The translations under genes and the position numbers were made by a program. The notes below the pieces were generated by a model that ran no database searches, was not told the DNA's origin, and worked only from the letters and a program-made list of their open reading frames with translations. From Raillietiella orientalis (lineage: Eukaryota), in the NCBI GenBank assembly GCA_036172245.1, contig JAYWIR010000041.1:1240001-1304000 (forward strand): a stretch of DNA of 64,000 nt, in the 5' to 3' direction. How positions within the stretch are numbered: the first letter of the stretch is position 1; the number at the start of each line of letters is the position of its first letter. Below are positions 14,191 to 28,599 of this stretch, in pieces.

Positions 14191-14514
14191 AGTGTCGTCG
14201 GAATGTACTTTAACAATGTCCGCGGGCAATGAGACTTCCTGGTGGCGGTGAATTCATTTTTTATAGATGAAAATCTGAATGCCACTCTTTTGTTATAGAT
14301 GAATTGGCTATTTCTTCATCAAGTTTTTTTTTGAAAGGGGGTGGGGCAGAATAGGACAGTGGATTTTCTTCGTTACTTGTTCTAAAACACAAACGGAGAC
14401 ATCAGAAGTGAAAATGTCTAGATGAGTAAGTCGACTCTGGAAAAATTTGGGTTAGCTCATTGGGTTCAGTGATGATGATGAGATGGTGTTGTCTTCTGAA
14501 GCGGAGATGGTTTG

Positions 14515-14826
14515 GGAGTGAATTGTCCAGTATCGGAAACGGGATGCAACCAATGCATCGTTTCGATACCAGCAGGTCATCGTGGACTGATGGAAGAGCG
14601 CAGGCCCAGCTCAGCTGCGGACGCCCTGTCCTGGCAAAAGGTTACTCTGATTGGTCTCATTCTTTTAGCACGTGGACAATTTTTGTGGGTCGACGAATTA
14701 TCGCAATTTTGCACGCGGCATTTCTGCACACGGTCCACTCCTAGTCGCACATCGGTTGTTTTGACTCTACCGAGAAATCATACTGAAGAAACGTGGAAGA
14801 TTCTCGTTTTCAGTATCTCTGCATAA
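14515..14826 (+). pseudogene. C-type lectin domain remnant
   Basis: Across frames: NCP..., RFDTSRSSWTDGRA...GRPVLA (F....SWxDAR..C..G..LA), TLIGLILLARGQFLWVDE (WIGL...GxFxWVDG), terminal YLC. Confidence 0.5.
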
Positions 14827-16085
14827 TGTCTTTGAAGTTTCAAAGTGGACGCTAGATCTTACTCAACCACTTATGATTCCACAAATGATTTACAAATGGG
14901 TTACAAAATGATGCCAAAGACCAAGTGTACTTGTGAAGGGATCCTCTGTGAAGATTTCCTTCTCTGCGAATTCATGTGCTTTCACTTACATATTTCTCTG
15001 ATTCACATTTTGTTGTTACATGTTTTCTACGAGCTCGGAAATACATCAGAAAGGAATCAGAAAAGCTTTTGCGGTACGTTTTGATTTGTTGCTTTGGGGC
15101 ATTTTGTCTTTGCCTCTGCGAGTGTAAAAGCCTATCCAAAAGTGCTTTGCTTCATTCTTATGCAACATTACTACTGTGGTCATCTAAATATTGGTTCTTC
15201 TTGTACGTATCAAGGAGGAGTCTCATGGAGTGTTGCATCGATTAATGGACTGAATGATATGTACCCATCTCTTGAAAATGAAATCCTCCAAATTTACATG
15301 CGCTGCTGGGATTAATGACGATGCCGGTTTTTTCGCTTTCCGTCAAAAACCAGGTCGGCATGACCAATCAGTCTAATATTCTGAAAGTTGTGCAAATTGG
15401 TTGGATTGCATGGTCTTTCTACTCTCAATTACCCGTTGTGAAGTTTCGCAACTTAGACTTTGTTTCTTTCAAAGGCCAATAGGAATTAGCCTCTTGATGT
15501 TTTATTAGTCTTTTGCTTCTATGACTTACTATTCGAGTGCCTCTAGAGAATGAGAGTTTGGCGTTGAATGTATTTCTTTTCCTGCTAGTGTATCGACCGA
15601 CTCGCAACTCATCTCCCGCAAGCGGTTTTGTAATAAACTGCAAAGGGAAATCTCTAGAATACATCAGGACTCTAGAATGTTCCGACAGAAAGTGTTCGAA
15701 AAACACCATGTTTTGTTCATGACCCTCCTTCCGAGCTCCTTTTCTTGGTGGAAATGGTCCATGATGAGACGTGCCATGACATCAAGAGGTTTCTGTCCTC
15801 ATTACCTGCTGTCGTTTGCTTTATGTGTGAAACTCCTTAATGATCTTGACCTGAAACCGAAACCATTCACATCTAACGTTTTTGGGAAATCCTTAGCCCT
15901 TGTTCTTTCTGAGATTGTTCCAATCTAAGTAGCTATTGTGGACTGCTCCCCCTCCACGACTCGTCACCATTTCTGTCACTTTCCAAGAAGAGATGTAAAG
16001 AGAAGAGAAAGCATCTTCAGCGAAGAACTCGAATGGGTTGACTGATCCATGACCTTCCAGTCGTTGCAGGAAGGACTCGGGTGAG

Positions 16086-16331
16086 ATGCTCCTCAATGGA
16101 AAGTGCAATGACAGTAGACAAATGTTCTCCAAGTTATTTTCGCGGAAAACTTTTGGAGGTTGCCTTGAAGAATCCAATACGGTCTGCAGAAATGCAACCA
16201 GAAATCAAATCAGCCTCCCACGATCACAGATGTCTACCAAGACTTGCAATTTTCGTGCAGGTCCATTGCTTTCGGAGTCTGCAAATCCGAAAGCCATTTT
16301 TTGGTGTTCAGCTCGTTGTTGCTCTTCATGA
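16086..16331 (+). pseudogene. C-type lectin N-terminal remnant
   Basis: LLNGKC...RKTF...TVCRN...SLPRSQ...IFW resembles LNGKCY..KTF.EA..C...LAxPxS...FWIG. Confidence 0.35.
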
Positions 16332-17119
16332 AAGAAAGAGTTCCAAATTCAGAATCTGTTCAAGGAGGAAGGAAGAGAGCATGCGGACATTAAGACCGTA
16401 CGGATTAGTCTCCGCAGTCATCAACCCTTTACGTTAGAGGGGCGTTCCTATTGGTGAGCTGCCAAGTTCGGGATGGAAATGCCCTCGACCGTTTGAAAAT
16501 AGGGAGGAAAACACACACGGAGATCGGGTGCTTTCAAATGACTGACTTTCTGCACACCACCGATGGAAATCGAGGAATTTCTTTCCTGAGCTCAGACTCA
16601 TGAATCTCGTGCGTTAGCTGGAGGATTTCTTATGCGCCCGCCGTCTCGAACCGTTGTCTTCGGAGCTAAAAGCGCAAGATTTCTTCAGTGGTTATCCGAA
16701 AGCGAAGGGAAGGGAAATGGCACGCATCAAGTGATTCGCTCAACCCATTTCAAAAAATCGAGATCAAAATAAAGCATGCATTGATGATAGTTCGTCCAGT
16801 GTTGCCATATGTTACAATTCTGGTTGCTTGCCGAGACGCTGATGACATTTGGACCTACGAGGCAGCGAATCTCAACAGCCTCGATGAGTGCTGATTTTCG
16901 CGTTCACAGCATCGTGTTCTTCTGAATAGATGCTTTTCGTACATTTGCAGGAAAATCGGATGACTAACTTAACAGATACTGCTCCTGAGCGATGCAGACT
17001 GGGGCAAGTTGCTGATGGAAACTGGAATGAAGGAATCGAAAAAAAAAAAAAAAAAACGACGTGACCCAGCTTCTTGAACAGGGAAGCGCGCAGAGGGAAA
17101 GGTGCCTTCTTTACCCAAT

Positions 17120-17610
17120 TCGCTACATCTCTGGTGTCCTTCTTTAAGTGTCTAGAAGACGATGCTTCATAGTGTTCTGCCATGCCCTTCGGATTCGCCA
17201 AGGAGGAACGAGCGGCAATGCGATTTTCCTCTCGCGCCGAAGAAGTATCGTCAGCTGAGCTGCATGGAAGGGCGTTGGCACTATGCGGGACGAGTCCCTA
17301 GGTCTCTTCAGGAGTAGCTGAACACGTCCAACGCGCAAGGGCCAATTCAGGATGCCCTCGGTCGTCCAGAACGGAAAATGCCGAGAGAAGGGTATCAGCT
17401 GTGGACTGCCCAGTGCCGCCGGTGAAGTACGCAGTTGTGCGAAGAATGCAAACGGAGGCTCTCACATGAATGTGTGCACAGCACGCAATCCAAAGAGGTG
17501 TCTCAGGACAGGAGGAAAGCCCGGGGGGCTCGATCCACATGCAAGGGAAGGTGCCGTGTAACGTTGGCGTGTAGGCCGCTCTTCCCAGCACGCGGTACAC
17601 AGTCCGAAGG
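17120..17610 (+). mobile_element. piggyBac transposase C-terminal remnant
   Basis: SFFKCLED (FFxLLD) followed by CVHS...RRKARGARSTCKGRCRVTLACRPLF, similar to the piggyBac cysteine-rich tail. Confidence 0.4.
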
Positions 17611-18922
17611 AGTTCGTCATAAGTGACGTATTTAACATGCGGCACCAGTGTGAAAGACGGAAAGACTTCTCTCTTTCTTTCTGAAAGATGTGATGATTTT
17701 TTTGATTTTAGATAAAAGTTTTCTTTGATCTTTTTCGTGTATCGTGTGCAAGCACATGAACTCATTCGTCACATGTTCGAGTACACAAGTTTAATGGTTG
17801 AGTGCATTATTCGAGTAATGCATTCAGAAGAAATCTAAATATGATGTCTAAATAAGTTGGCTAGCTTTGTTATGTAGGGAAAGGATTTATTTTGAACGTA
17901 ACATTCAACGCAAAGAGTCTTTTGTGCTTAAGAAATAAATCAGTGGCATCAAAGCGTGCATTCACACCTATTCTTAATATGGGAAGATCCAAGTTCCCCC
18001 CCCTCAAAAAAAACCAAAGGGACCGCATCCCCACTGTTATTGCACGATGAATCTCGAAGTTCTGAGACACACTTTCGCACAAGTGCACCCCGTGTTTCGT
18101 GCTACGGTGAACTGCGTGCACCACTCAATGGTAGCCTCATGGAATAACCACCTCGACGTTTGGATGGAAAGTCGTACCTCGGAAGCAATCATCAAGGGAT
18201 TCACATTTCAGAAAAGCAAAGGAAAAAACCAAAGAAAGGAATGCAAATATGTGTTTAGTAAACATGTGAGTCTTCCTCTGCACGTAACCACGCACGCTGC
18301 ACTCATCCGAATGAGGAGGGCAAGGCATCCAAGTATTCGCCACTCATGCGTCAGAGGATCCCGTAGGAGAACGCGAGCAATTACGAAATATATTTGAAAA
18401 TTCCTTGGAGTAATTCTTTGAAGTCAACCAAATTGTGAATAAACAGTAAGCGGCCCTTTCATTAGAAGAAAGAAAATGCTGCCATGATTATCAGCTTACA
18501 TTCTGTGCCATTAACAGGATGAGTATCAAATAACGGCATCGGTAATGCCTAATCATCGATGTCCATCTTGTTGGTAATTCTTGAGGATCTAACAGAGATT
18601 CCGCCGAAGAAGATGTTCTTCGCATCTCGAGATCTCACTTTGAAACGATAAATCCAGTGCTCGTGGAGCTCGTAATTCTGTGGTCACGGGACCAGGAAAT
18701 GATCCATTCGGAAGCACTTGCTGGAGTTTTCCGGTTCTGCGTCCACGTCCAGCGTTCTTTCCTCGAATATTTGATTCCATCGAGTCATCATGTATCTTGA
18801 GGGAATCTGGAGGCCATCAAGAGATTTCTTTCTTGAATGACTAGGGAACTTCCCACCAGCTTCTTTGCTTGTCTCTTCCCGTCAACTCGCCCTGTGACGT
18901 CGAAAGTTCTTCCATCCTTGGC

Positions 18923-19108
18923 GATTCTTCACCCGGGTTCGCTATGAAGTTTATTTGTAACGGAATAAAACACCTACGATTTTTGTGGATGGACCACAGA
19001 AATCCACAGGTCCAACCACGTCCTTTCCGTAGATACCCCGCCGTGTTACCAGTTCTCAGGCTGGTGAGGACCACCACGACAGCAGAGGGGAGGGGCCAAA
19101 CAAAAAGA
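18923..19108 (-). mobile_element. Short copy of the same LINE 3' UTR
   Basis: Colinear with 12977-13152: gattct(t)caccc, gaataaaaca, tgtgg.tgg.cca, cc.gttc.cag.c.ggtg.gg.ccacc.cg.cagcagaggggagggg...aaacaaaaaga. Confidence 0.75.
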
Positions 19109-19494
19109 CGGTACGTGAGATGATTGAATGTCAGTAGCGTTGTCTGCCGTGTCACCTAAAGGACACAAAGCTTCACATCTTCCACTGCCCTCTGGGGACA
19201 GAGATCCAAAGTCAAAGTACCAGCTGTCGTTTCGACGGCGTGAGGAGGCCGCAGCAGGCAGGTGAGCACCTGGGATTCTTCCAGACGTAGCGCACTGCTC
19301 CTACAAAGTTCTCTGCCGACTCCGCAACACGAGCATGACGAGAGGAGGATGCGCATGTTACGCTATCTCGAGACAAACAGAAAGGAAAAGAGAGAGGTAG
19401 AAAAGGAAAGAAATTAATATCAAAGAAGGAAATGAAAACAACGTAAGTAAGAATAATGGGTGGACCGGATGGCTAAATTGAGCACACTACTGTG

Positions 19495-19790
19495 TTTTAC
19501 TCTATCCATCATCACCAGTCACTGGGCATGCGAAGCAATTTTCATTATTCGCATGAATCTTTCCTGAGATTGAAGGATTACCAATGGGCGAGGAATCTGG
19601 AAAACTCACGGTGGAGCAATTTTACTAATGAAATACCTACAATTATCACCGGGCTTTCAGACCTATTCTTCAAGATCTCCACTGTTCTCAAATTGGAGTC
19701 AGCGGTGGTTCCGTCGTGTGCGAAGTATGCATGGGAAAAACGCCATTTCGAGAAAACGATATGACTGGATACGTACGAGCACAGGTATTG
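19495..19790 (+). pseudogene. Possible C-type lectin remnant
   Basis: QWARN / THGGAIL / ITGLSD / SPLFSNWS across frames. Confidence 0.3.
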
Positions 19791-22700
19791 GTACGTATTC
19801 AGAAGTAATAATGGTACAGAATTAGTGCGTGATGCTTTTTTTGAAACGTATGCAAAGATGGATCGATGGAGGGATGGATTTCAGTGTTGATGAGTTAAGA
19901 TATGCAAATTGTGATGTGTGCACGACACAGGTGATCTGTATTTGTGCACCTTCTTATGTACCATGCATATCCTTTTAATTTGTATTGCATCAACTCCTCT
20001 CTCTATTCTACATTGGCAGGAGCTTCTGAGAGCATGCAATTCGATCAGGCGCGATTTGATTCGTGTCCTCTAAATGAACAGAAAAAAAAATCAACGAAAC
20101 AGCAAAAGAAATCCGGACTTAAGAATAGGAATTATATTATATAGAAATACACTCGATAGAGGTATAGTTTGTACTGGAAAACTACGTTTCACGCCACTGT
20201 ATCCTTCTCGCATGTAATCGTACGAAAAAAGGCAGCCTCTAGGGATCGGATCGGCTTAAACCAATGACTATGTGGGCTCATTGTATACACCGTATGCAGT
20301 TTTGTGCACTGAATAAGGCATAGAAAGACTTGGGGTAGGAGGATTTCCAGGTACTTCTTCAGACAAAGGAATCACACGTATTCCTAAAAGTGATCTGTCC
20401 GAGGACAAAAACACACAAAGACAGGATGATGACTTCCAGGTCACTGGACGGGATCGTGACGCGCGGATTGTGTTTGATCGCTGTTCGGCCACAAGAAGAT
20501 CCCATCGTGCACCGAGAGATCACTAAAGCTTTTTCAGGGAGATGATGTACACCCAGCTCTCCACATTCATCATTAAAACGCTTCCGGGTGAAGCTGAAAT
20601 TCTGTTTAACGAGAAAAGCCTGTAGCACTTTAAAAATTCCAAATTTCCGAGTGCCGCAAGGTAATTCGTTCTCGTTCTTTGAGATGGCGCTGCGGTCTTC
20701 TTGGGAGTTTGGCGGGCTTTGGGTGTTCTCTGAGCTTCGGACGTGAGACATCCCGATGTCGGAGGTGCCCGTATTTGCCTCATGACTGCAGAAGAGGAAG
20801 AGGGAGGAGAAGCGAGAAAAAATAAAACTCTGATCCAGATCTCAGTAAACAAGGAACGGTACCCTTCGATAAATGAACCAATTTGGAGTGGCAAAGCCAC
20901 AACCCGAACTGCTCTCGGTAATGGATAGGTACACAAACTTTCACAAGTTCTTGGAAAAAAAGACAGGAACTGCTGGATAAATTTGTAGAATTGCGTAGTT
21001 GTGTTCGCCATGAGCGAGCAAACGTTGGAATTACAAACGTGAGTTGATCTGCTGTTGCCATAAATACGAACGCGATGCTCGGAAGACTAATAAAGTCACA
21101 CGGAAACCGTTCTTCCGAGCCGAAACCAAACCCTTGCTGGAAAATTGATAATGACTTTATAGGTTCCCATAGGCTAAATATGGGCGCCCAAAAAGCCAGA
21201 GGTTCCGGAGAAGCCTCTCATTTAGTTTTGGACGAAGACAGGCAAGCAGCTACAGGTTTATTTCACTCCTCCAAATCGTTCGGATGGCCCCATTAAAAAA
21301 CTTCAGTGATTTTAAGCGCTTTCATAGGTATGTGGGGAAAATCGATTTTGTTCTCACATTGAAACCCATAGCATCTCTAACGCAATTCAGGAAACGTCAT
21401 GCACGCATTTTCGTATTTCAAATAAGCTGATAAAAATCTGCAAAAAACAATTGATGTCAAAGTTGTCATTATGTCATTAATACTACACGACAACTTTATC
21501 CTTTCCTAATATTCAGCCTTATGAAGAGAACAGTCAGCTCCACAACGGCCCTCCTATCTGGGTTCACATGGAAACGAAACCACTAGACGCTCCGTCATCA
21601 GTGCAGGAAGAAGCAAGACCTAACCCTGGGGATCGAAAGTAAAGTCCTTTCGCCCACTCTGCTCCGTCAATTGCAATTAAGGATCGCAATTGACAGACAC
21701 TCAGACGACCGCTTGAAAAAGGAAACGCAGAAACGCTTACCACCTCCCGCACAAACAACAAGGAGTCTGTCCTTTGCTTGCCGACCACCACCGAGGGCAG
21801 CTTTTGCGTGGAAGGGGTGCCAAACTTCCTTGCGTGCCGAAAGTTGGTCGGAAACGCCAACTGGGCGCAGACGGGATAGCACCAGATTGCAAATAAATAA
21901 ATAAATAAATTCGGAAATCACACCTGTTCGACACTTTCCGGAAAAAAGGAAGAAGCCGAAACCGGCACCCATGCAGGAGATCTAAAACTGACAATAGTCG
22001 AAGAGTTTGCAGTCGGGAAGTATAAATTTAATGTGCCGCTGATCATTCTGAGTCGACATGACCTCCCTCGGAGTCGGGTCTCTGAGTTGGGCGATGCAAG
22101 TGTGGCAAGTCTCGGCTGGAACAGGCGACCGAGAGCCACACCCTGACGGCCTGACACGAGGACAAAGAATGGAAGCAAAATAAAGTGGGAGTTCCGTCTC
22201 CTGGTTCGCTCCTTCTACTTGTTTTAGCATCGGTGTGAATTGCTCTTTTCAGTTCACGGAGCGAGCTCCGGGACCGAGCTCCGACAAGACCTCGGTTTGA
22301 GAGGGGCAGCAGCTCTTCAGAAGAACATTTCACATTTTTGGAATTCTCGCGCATTTTCCGTCGCTATTTTCTAACTGGGCGGAGGTGATACGCTGGATCA
22401 GGGATTCGAGGATTTTACGTGGATCACCTGGAAGGCTCGGGGAACTGAAGCTGAAGGTGAGCCAAAACAGAGCTATGGAAACGGAAGACTCTTCCACGAT
22501 ATGTTCAACGGCCAGGAACTCAAGTAACGCACATCGGAAAAGAATGACTGAATCCTTTGGCTGTCCACTTCACAGAGGTGGCGCGGAGGAGGAGGTTTCG
22601 GACGTCGACGCGAGATCGATTCGAGTTTCGGAACAGGACCCCGTTACCAGAGAAACCGAAACTTGTATGAAAAATGATCTGAATAGGTGATCATTGAGAA

Positions 22701-23018
22701 AATTTTTCCAGTTTCATAAAGCTGCGGCTACACATATCAGTTGAGTTCAATGCTACCGTTCCTTAGCTGTGATAGAAATTGTAGGTTTATATGTAGATGC
22801 CATAAGGATATGGGTTGTCGCTTGCAAAACAGGGCAAGCAACTTCAAAACCTTCCCGCCTCGAGTGTGGCTGCGCTGCGTGACGTCAGCGCGCGCAATCG
22901 CCATGGCGCCCAGCAGCACACTAAAAATGCAAAGCGACGGACCCAGAAGTCTGAGCCTCACCGCGAAGGCCGGATGCTCTTACGTGGCTCATCGTATGGA
23001 ATTAGGTACTCTGATACA

Positions 23019-23329
23019 GATGATGGATGATTAAGGAATGCCAAGGGGGGAGGGATTGCATTTCCGGGAGCCAAAATGGAAACGTTGAGTCACGGCTCTT
23101 CTTAGTGGAGGCATGCGTTCCGGGCACGCAAAAAAAAGAATTTTTCGGACGAAGATCTCTGCATCCACAGTGTGGAGTCGCGGGACCCCAGCAGGCTGTT
23201 TTCATTTAAAGGTCGTTGCGTACGGCTCAAGGGAAGCTTGGATGGGACCACCTCGATGCGAAGTCTCGAGGGATTCGCATTCCCTCAGATGGCAAAAGTG
23301 CGCACGGATGATGGATGATTAAGGAATGC
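23019..23329 (+). repeat. Exact 23-bp direct repeat pair, 288 bp apart
   Basis: gatgatggatgattaaggaatgc at 23019-23041 and 23307-23329. Confidence 0.9.
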
Positions 23330-23872
23330 GAAGCTCTGAACCGGGCCTGTCTTCGCTAATGACCGCGATCCCTTTGGTGTCTCGGCGCTTCCGTTTCTTC
23401 CAAGAGTCTGTGAAGGCAGTGAATGCATTTCTAGCAGGCGGACAACTCAGCTGAAATCCTATTTTTCAGGTTGCGATGCCACTGACGTCGGACGGGAACG
23501 CGCGAAAGGGCAGCGTCACTCCGCGCAGACCTCTGAGACTGCGAGCGTATAGATGGAAGGAGTGACACATATATATGTGAAAAAGGAAGATTGCTACCGC
23601 CTTTCCAGGAGGCGTATCTCTCCTCCATCGTCAGAACAGGTCGTCCTCTGCTCCTCATTGGCGATGGAAAATCTCTTTCCCATTGATTTCTCATCTCCTG
23701 CAAACTGCTTAGATAACAGATGTTTTCGTACTGTTTCTCTTAATATACTTTTTCCACTGCTGTAATTTGATCTCATCCGAAATATCCTACTCAATATTCA
23801 AGAAAGGGGCTTTCTCAATAAATTCGACAAAGATCGATGAGACGCATCATCTAGGAGTTCCTTCTTGCCGAT

Positions 23873-24060
23873 ATGGACGAAGAGTCGAAGCCTGGATTTA
23901 TTACGGCGTGTACACTGGGAGAGAATTGTGTCTTTTTCGATATGACGGCGTCAGAAAGCTGCTCGCAGCTCCGTCGTGTTTGCGAAGAGTGTCTACACGC
24001 GAACGAACGCTCCTTGCCGGAGAAACCGAAACTGGCGCGAAAGGATCTCGGCATTGTTCC
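23873..24060 (+). pseudogene. C-type lectin N-terminal remnant
   Basis: PGF...LGENCVFF...SCSQLRRVCEE resembles CPxGF..LGxxCYFF...SWxxARxxC. Confidence 0.35.
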
Positions 24061-27000
24061 TGCCCTGAGCTCGCCCGGAACCTCTGCTAACCCTTCCATC
24101 ACAGAAACTGAGGAAGAATAAGGGTAAAGGAAGAGAGAGATTCCCAAATCTTGATGATGATTCGAATTTCCAAGAGTCAAGCCTAGAAGGCGGCGAACCA
24201 CAAAACGCAAACAAGGCCTGGTGAATGCTCCGCCGAATTCAGCTCCCGTCTCACTTGGCATCCCTGCCCATTCGGTTCGTTCCGATCCACTGTGAACACA
24301 TAGTGGCGTACACTAATGCCGAGCTCAGTCGAAACCACCGCCGAACTGCGCATGAGATTGCTTGGCTCTTCGCACGTAGCGCAGAGCTCAAGTTGGCGTG
24401 CAGGAAACGTTCAAAAGGGCTCCATTAGGAGAAGGGAGTGGGTGCTTCGAAGGAGATTAGCGTGTATCTCGAGATGCGCCAGGATAAGCAGCTTCATGAG
24501 AATATGGTACAGTGTTCACGGAGGCTGACGGCAAACAACGAACAGCCCAAACGGTACATTGGACGCCTTGCGATGGCTGTTTTTCCTTATGAATTTCTGA
24601 AACCCATTTAGTGTCTCTTTAACGAAACACGGATGTGGGTATCAGATCTCAGGATGTCTCTTGTAGACTGATTGCACATTTTCCCTTCAAAGAATACCAG
24701 TAAAGTTGATTGGCTGTTTTTCTGAGCCGAAATGCAGTCAGCAGGAAAACTTAGGTCTCTGATCCCCCCTATTTAGATGCCCTTTCTGCTTGTAAGGAGC
24801 AAACTTTAGAAAGCTGGTCTTGGGACAGAAACGGCTGGGAAGGCGCTCCTGGAATCGGCACCTCAGAATGAGATCTACGAGCGAAAATTGCGTGACGGAG
24901 TTTCTTCATCAGGGTCGGGACCACGAGGGAATGAACAATTTGCTACTGGCCTGTTTCAGAAACAGCCTCCCGAACTCACCTGCAGGGTCATCAGAATCCT
25001 AGAAAGTATCCGTGCACATCCTTCTCTATTGTATCACGTATTTTGCTTATTGCCTCGTTAGTTCGCCTCAGGTGAGTCCTCACCGAGCGAGTGGCTCCTC
25101 AGCGTGTCTTTTGTTGATTTCCAGCTTTACAGATATTCGCCCTTCAACCGCACCCTTCCTTCCAATCGACCCCATTTACGGTATCTGCCTTTTAACGGTA
25201 GAGAGATCCCCGCCTTGTGTTGAAAGCATCGCTTAGACCGTGGAGCCACCCTAGTCCAGGAAATCATGAAAGACCTTCGTGTACTTTTCCCAGAAAAACT
25301 CCTCTCAGCACTCTCCTTGAGAATCGGGTGCGCTGATGCTTCGAGTCATTCAAGACCATCTTGAAGTCATCCGGTAGGGTTTGTGTTTTGCCTACCAGTA
25401 GTGATCGCCTACCGAGTTCCTCAGCTTCTGCCTACCGTTCGCTTTCTCGGTGGCAGATCCAAATGCGAGCGGATCTTTTCGAAATTTATTTACCTATTGG
25501 TAGAAGAAGGATCGGTATTTTCATGATGATAACAACACTGGAATCTGATCAAGAGAAGGGTGGCCAGGAAAATTTCATTTTTTTTTGATGCAGAATTCAT
25601 CATCTCGAACCGCTACACCTAAGGCTGTCAAGAACGGTTCGGAAAAATTTTAAGTATTTAGAATCATTTTAAGCTCGAAATGTGTTTTACCATTAAAGTG
25701 ACAACGGAAGTCTGCATGAATATATGATGGCCGGAAAATGACTTTTCCGTGTGTGCAGGACATCAGCCATCAGACATACAGAGTAGTGTCTGATTGTCTC
25801 TCCGGGGAATACATAATTTCTTTAGTGTCTCAAGTGGAAAAGGATATTCTGAGGACATGAAGGCACATTTGACTGCATTATTCAAACATTTGGCGAGAGG
25901 AGCAGTGACTGCAAGGGATTTCGTATGTTTCTTTCTCGCTCATTTAGAGACAAGGAATTCTCAACAACACCAATTTTCGTTTCTCAGCTGGATGACCACA
26001 GGAACGCGAACATTTGAACCGTGCTTGTAGAGCTGGACACGAACACTTGCGAAATGACACGGCACTGGGGTATCTGAGCTAACGATCTCAAGTGCTTCGG
26101 AAAGCTCACTTTTTTTTTTTTTTTTTTTTTTTTGCACGCGGCGATATCCACCCCACGTGAAACGAAAAACAGAGTCATCAAGCTGAGTGAATGAGCACGG
26201 TCCAGGCTGCGCTGTTCCCCGTGTGAGGCTGGGACATGCTCCCTGGCCTGCTTACGTCATCTGCCGCCGTTCTCTTGCAGGGAGCTCGCAGGGAAAGGTG
26301 CTTGGAGCAAGTCGTTTGGCAGCCGAGAAAGAAACCATCATTGCTCAGAGCGAAAGGAGTCCTATCTCCCATGGTGAGCCGGGAAGCTGCAGCAATCAGT
26401 TCATTGGACATGGAGCAGCAAAGCTTGCTTGCAGAAGAAGGCAGATGGGAAGATTGATTTCCTTTCTGTCAAGGTGTCCGTCAGTCAAACAGAATTTCCT
26501 GGATGAAAAAAGCTTCGCAGATTCCGAGGGACACACTCGGTTCTCTCTCACGTTTCGTTCTTTAAAATGTTTTTCATGAGCGAAAAGTAAGTGTTGCGAT
26601 GTCTATTTACTTAGGAGAGCAGAACATAGAGTCGGCTCTGTGATTCTGTATTTAGACGGTTCATCAGCACATTCGCACTCCTTGGCCATTTTTTCCCCAA
26701 GGCTGTAGGATGACATTTGCAAGAAGATTCTACTTTTTGACGAGTTGGATCTCTTTAAAGTTAGATGAAGATGTTGAAACCTGGCTAAGCTACTTTCACG
26801 GAGGCAATGGAATCCAACAGAAAAGTTAAAAAAAAAAAGAAAACGCTCTTGAGACCAGAAAGCAAAGTTCAACTTGAACGCGTTTGTCTGTCGATTCTAA
26901 CATTTCATCCTGCTTATAGAAACGTGTGAGGACAAATTTTCGTCAAGGGTGAAAAAAGCAAAGCAAAGCAAAACAAAAACAAAAGTAATGTGAATTCGCA

Positions 27001-27379
27001 AGACACATTGCTTACTTCCTTTGCGGAGTGGGCTGCCTTGGATAGTCATTTAAAAAATAACTTCCGCATGAGTTTTTCATTCCACCAGAATTCTACGCCT
27101 CTCCAGCACCACAACGGAAGAGAAACGAATCCATTAAGTTTGATTAGATTAGGACAAAAGATCTCATTTAGAAGTCCAGCTAGCAGAAGTCTACATGGTA
27201 GGGAAGTACCTTTTGGAGATTCTCAAGAAGTAGGTCCGTTGTTGACGGTTGCCTCCTCCCTCTATTTTGGCTTTGCTGGTCGATCTGGAAACGAAATGCC
27301 TCCATAAACGAACCATTAACCGAACCCTCTGCATGATGTGACGTAAAATGAAATCCTCGACGAGGAATGAGAGCAAGAA

Positions 27380-27545
27380 GATGGAGCTTTTATGGAGGCA
27401 TCAGCTTTCGTTCCTCCCTTGTAAGTTTCGCTCGTCGATTCTCTTGGTGCGTCTGAAGCAAACGCACCAACCGCTAGAATGCAGTTCTTGATTTTGCCCT
27501 TACCATCTAAAGCACGAAAATCTTCGAATGGGCAATCCAACCCAT
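27380..27545 (-). pseudogene. C-type lectin N-terminal remnant
   Basis: DCPFEDFRALDGK...NC.....F..DA.....YKGG..A. Confidence 0.3.
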
Positions 27546-28599
27546 GGAGAGTGGCTCAGCATGGCGTGTTTACGTTTGCACGGTCCACAACTGGTGACAG
27601 ACTCAGGAGATGCAAGTTGCGACGTACTTGTGTACCGTATTCCTCTAGTTTTGCGTCGGTGCTGAACTGAGCATCAATCGGGTGATTTCACAAGAAGCGA
27701 AGTGGTCCTCATTGAGATGATAACAGTAAAAAAAGAAAGCTCCTTGAACTCCTAGAGAAAAGTGTGGTGCCCTTGGAATGGAAGGTGTTGCACTTCTCAC
27801 GACTTTTCTGTACGATGAAACACCTCTTTACTTCATTTTAAACCCAACGTTCTTCCAGATAGAAGCATTTACATCATAAAATAAGGCACGTGTATTGCAT
27901 GTAAAAAAAAATATAAATGTATGCCATTTACGATGTACCGATATTCGTGTTTGTGCTCTCGTGCATGCAAGAAGACTTTCTCAAGGTTACACTAGTTTGC
28001 TGCGACTAATAAACTGAGTTCAGCCAAAGTTTCGTGACCCATCTCTCAGCATCTCCTCACCCGTCTTGTAGTCTTCATTTCGATTGCTTTTGTCCACTCA
28101 TACACCATCTGAGGTAAGGAAAGTGTTCGTCATTGGTTCGTGGTTTAGGATTTCTGGAAAGTTCTCCCTTCTCGATACTTCTTAGGCAGACGGTGAGGAA
28201 TCAACTGCTTGAGAATGCCGGATGAGAACTGCACTGACACTCAGCAGGGAAATAGGCAATGGTTCGTTCCTCGGATGAAATCCGGCGGAACATCACGGAA
28301 CACGAATGGAGGTGTTGGATTCCCGGAAATCCACGAGAGATGGCCTTCCACCGGCCCATTATGCGTCCCTATCATGGTCCTCTTGATAAAGGGTGTAGAT
28401 TGTTGTCGCCATACTAGTGTTTTTGGATGCAGTTTAGTTTCAAGAAAAGGACCGGAAGCCTCACACCATCGCTTTTGATGCCGGGACTCTTTCACGTTAC
28501 GCTCCTCCCAAAATCTTGCCGTGATGACTCCACACACACATTCCTGTTCCCGTTTCGGTATCCTTTTCCTGGAAACCATCTGACACTTCAATCCATCCG

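Noticed and set aside
25230..25330. SAERSFS hAT-like motif on - (and MEGP motif near 55225 on +)
   Set aside because: Isolated short motifs without enough colinear support.
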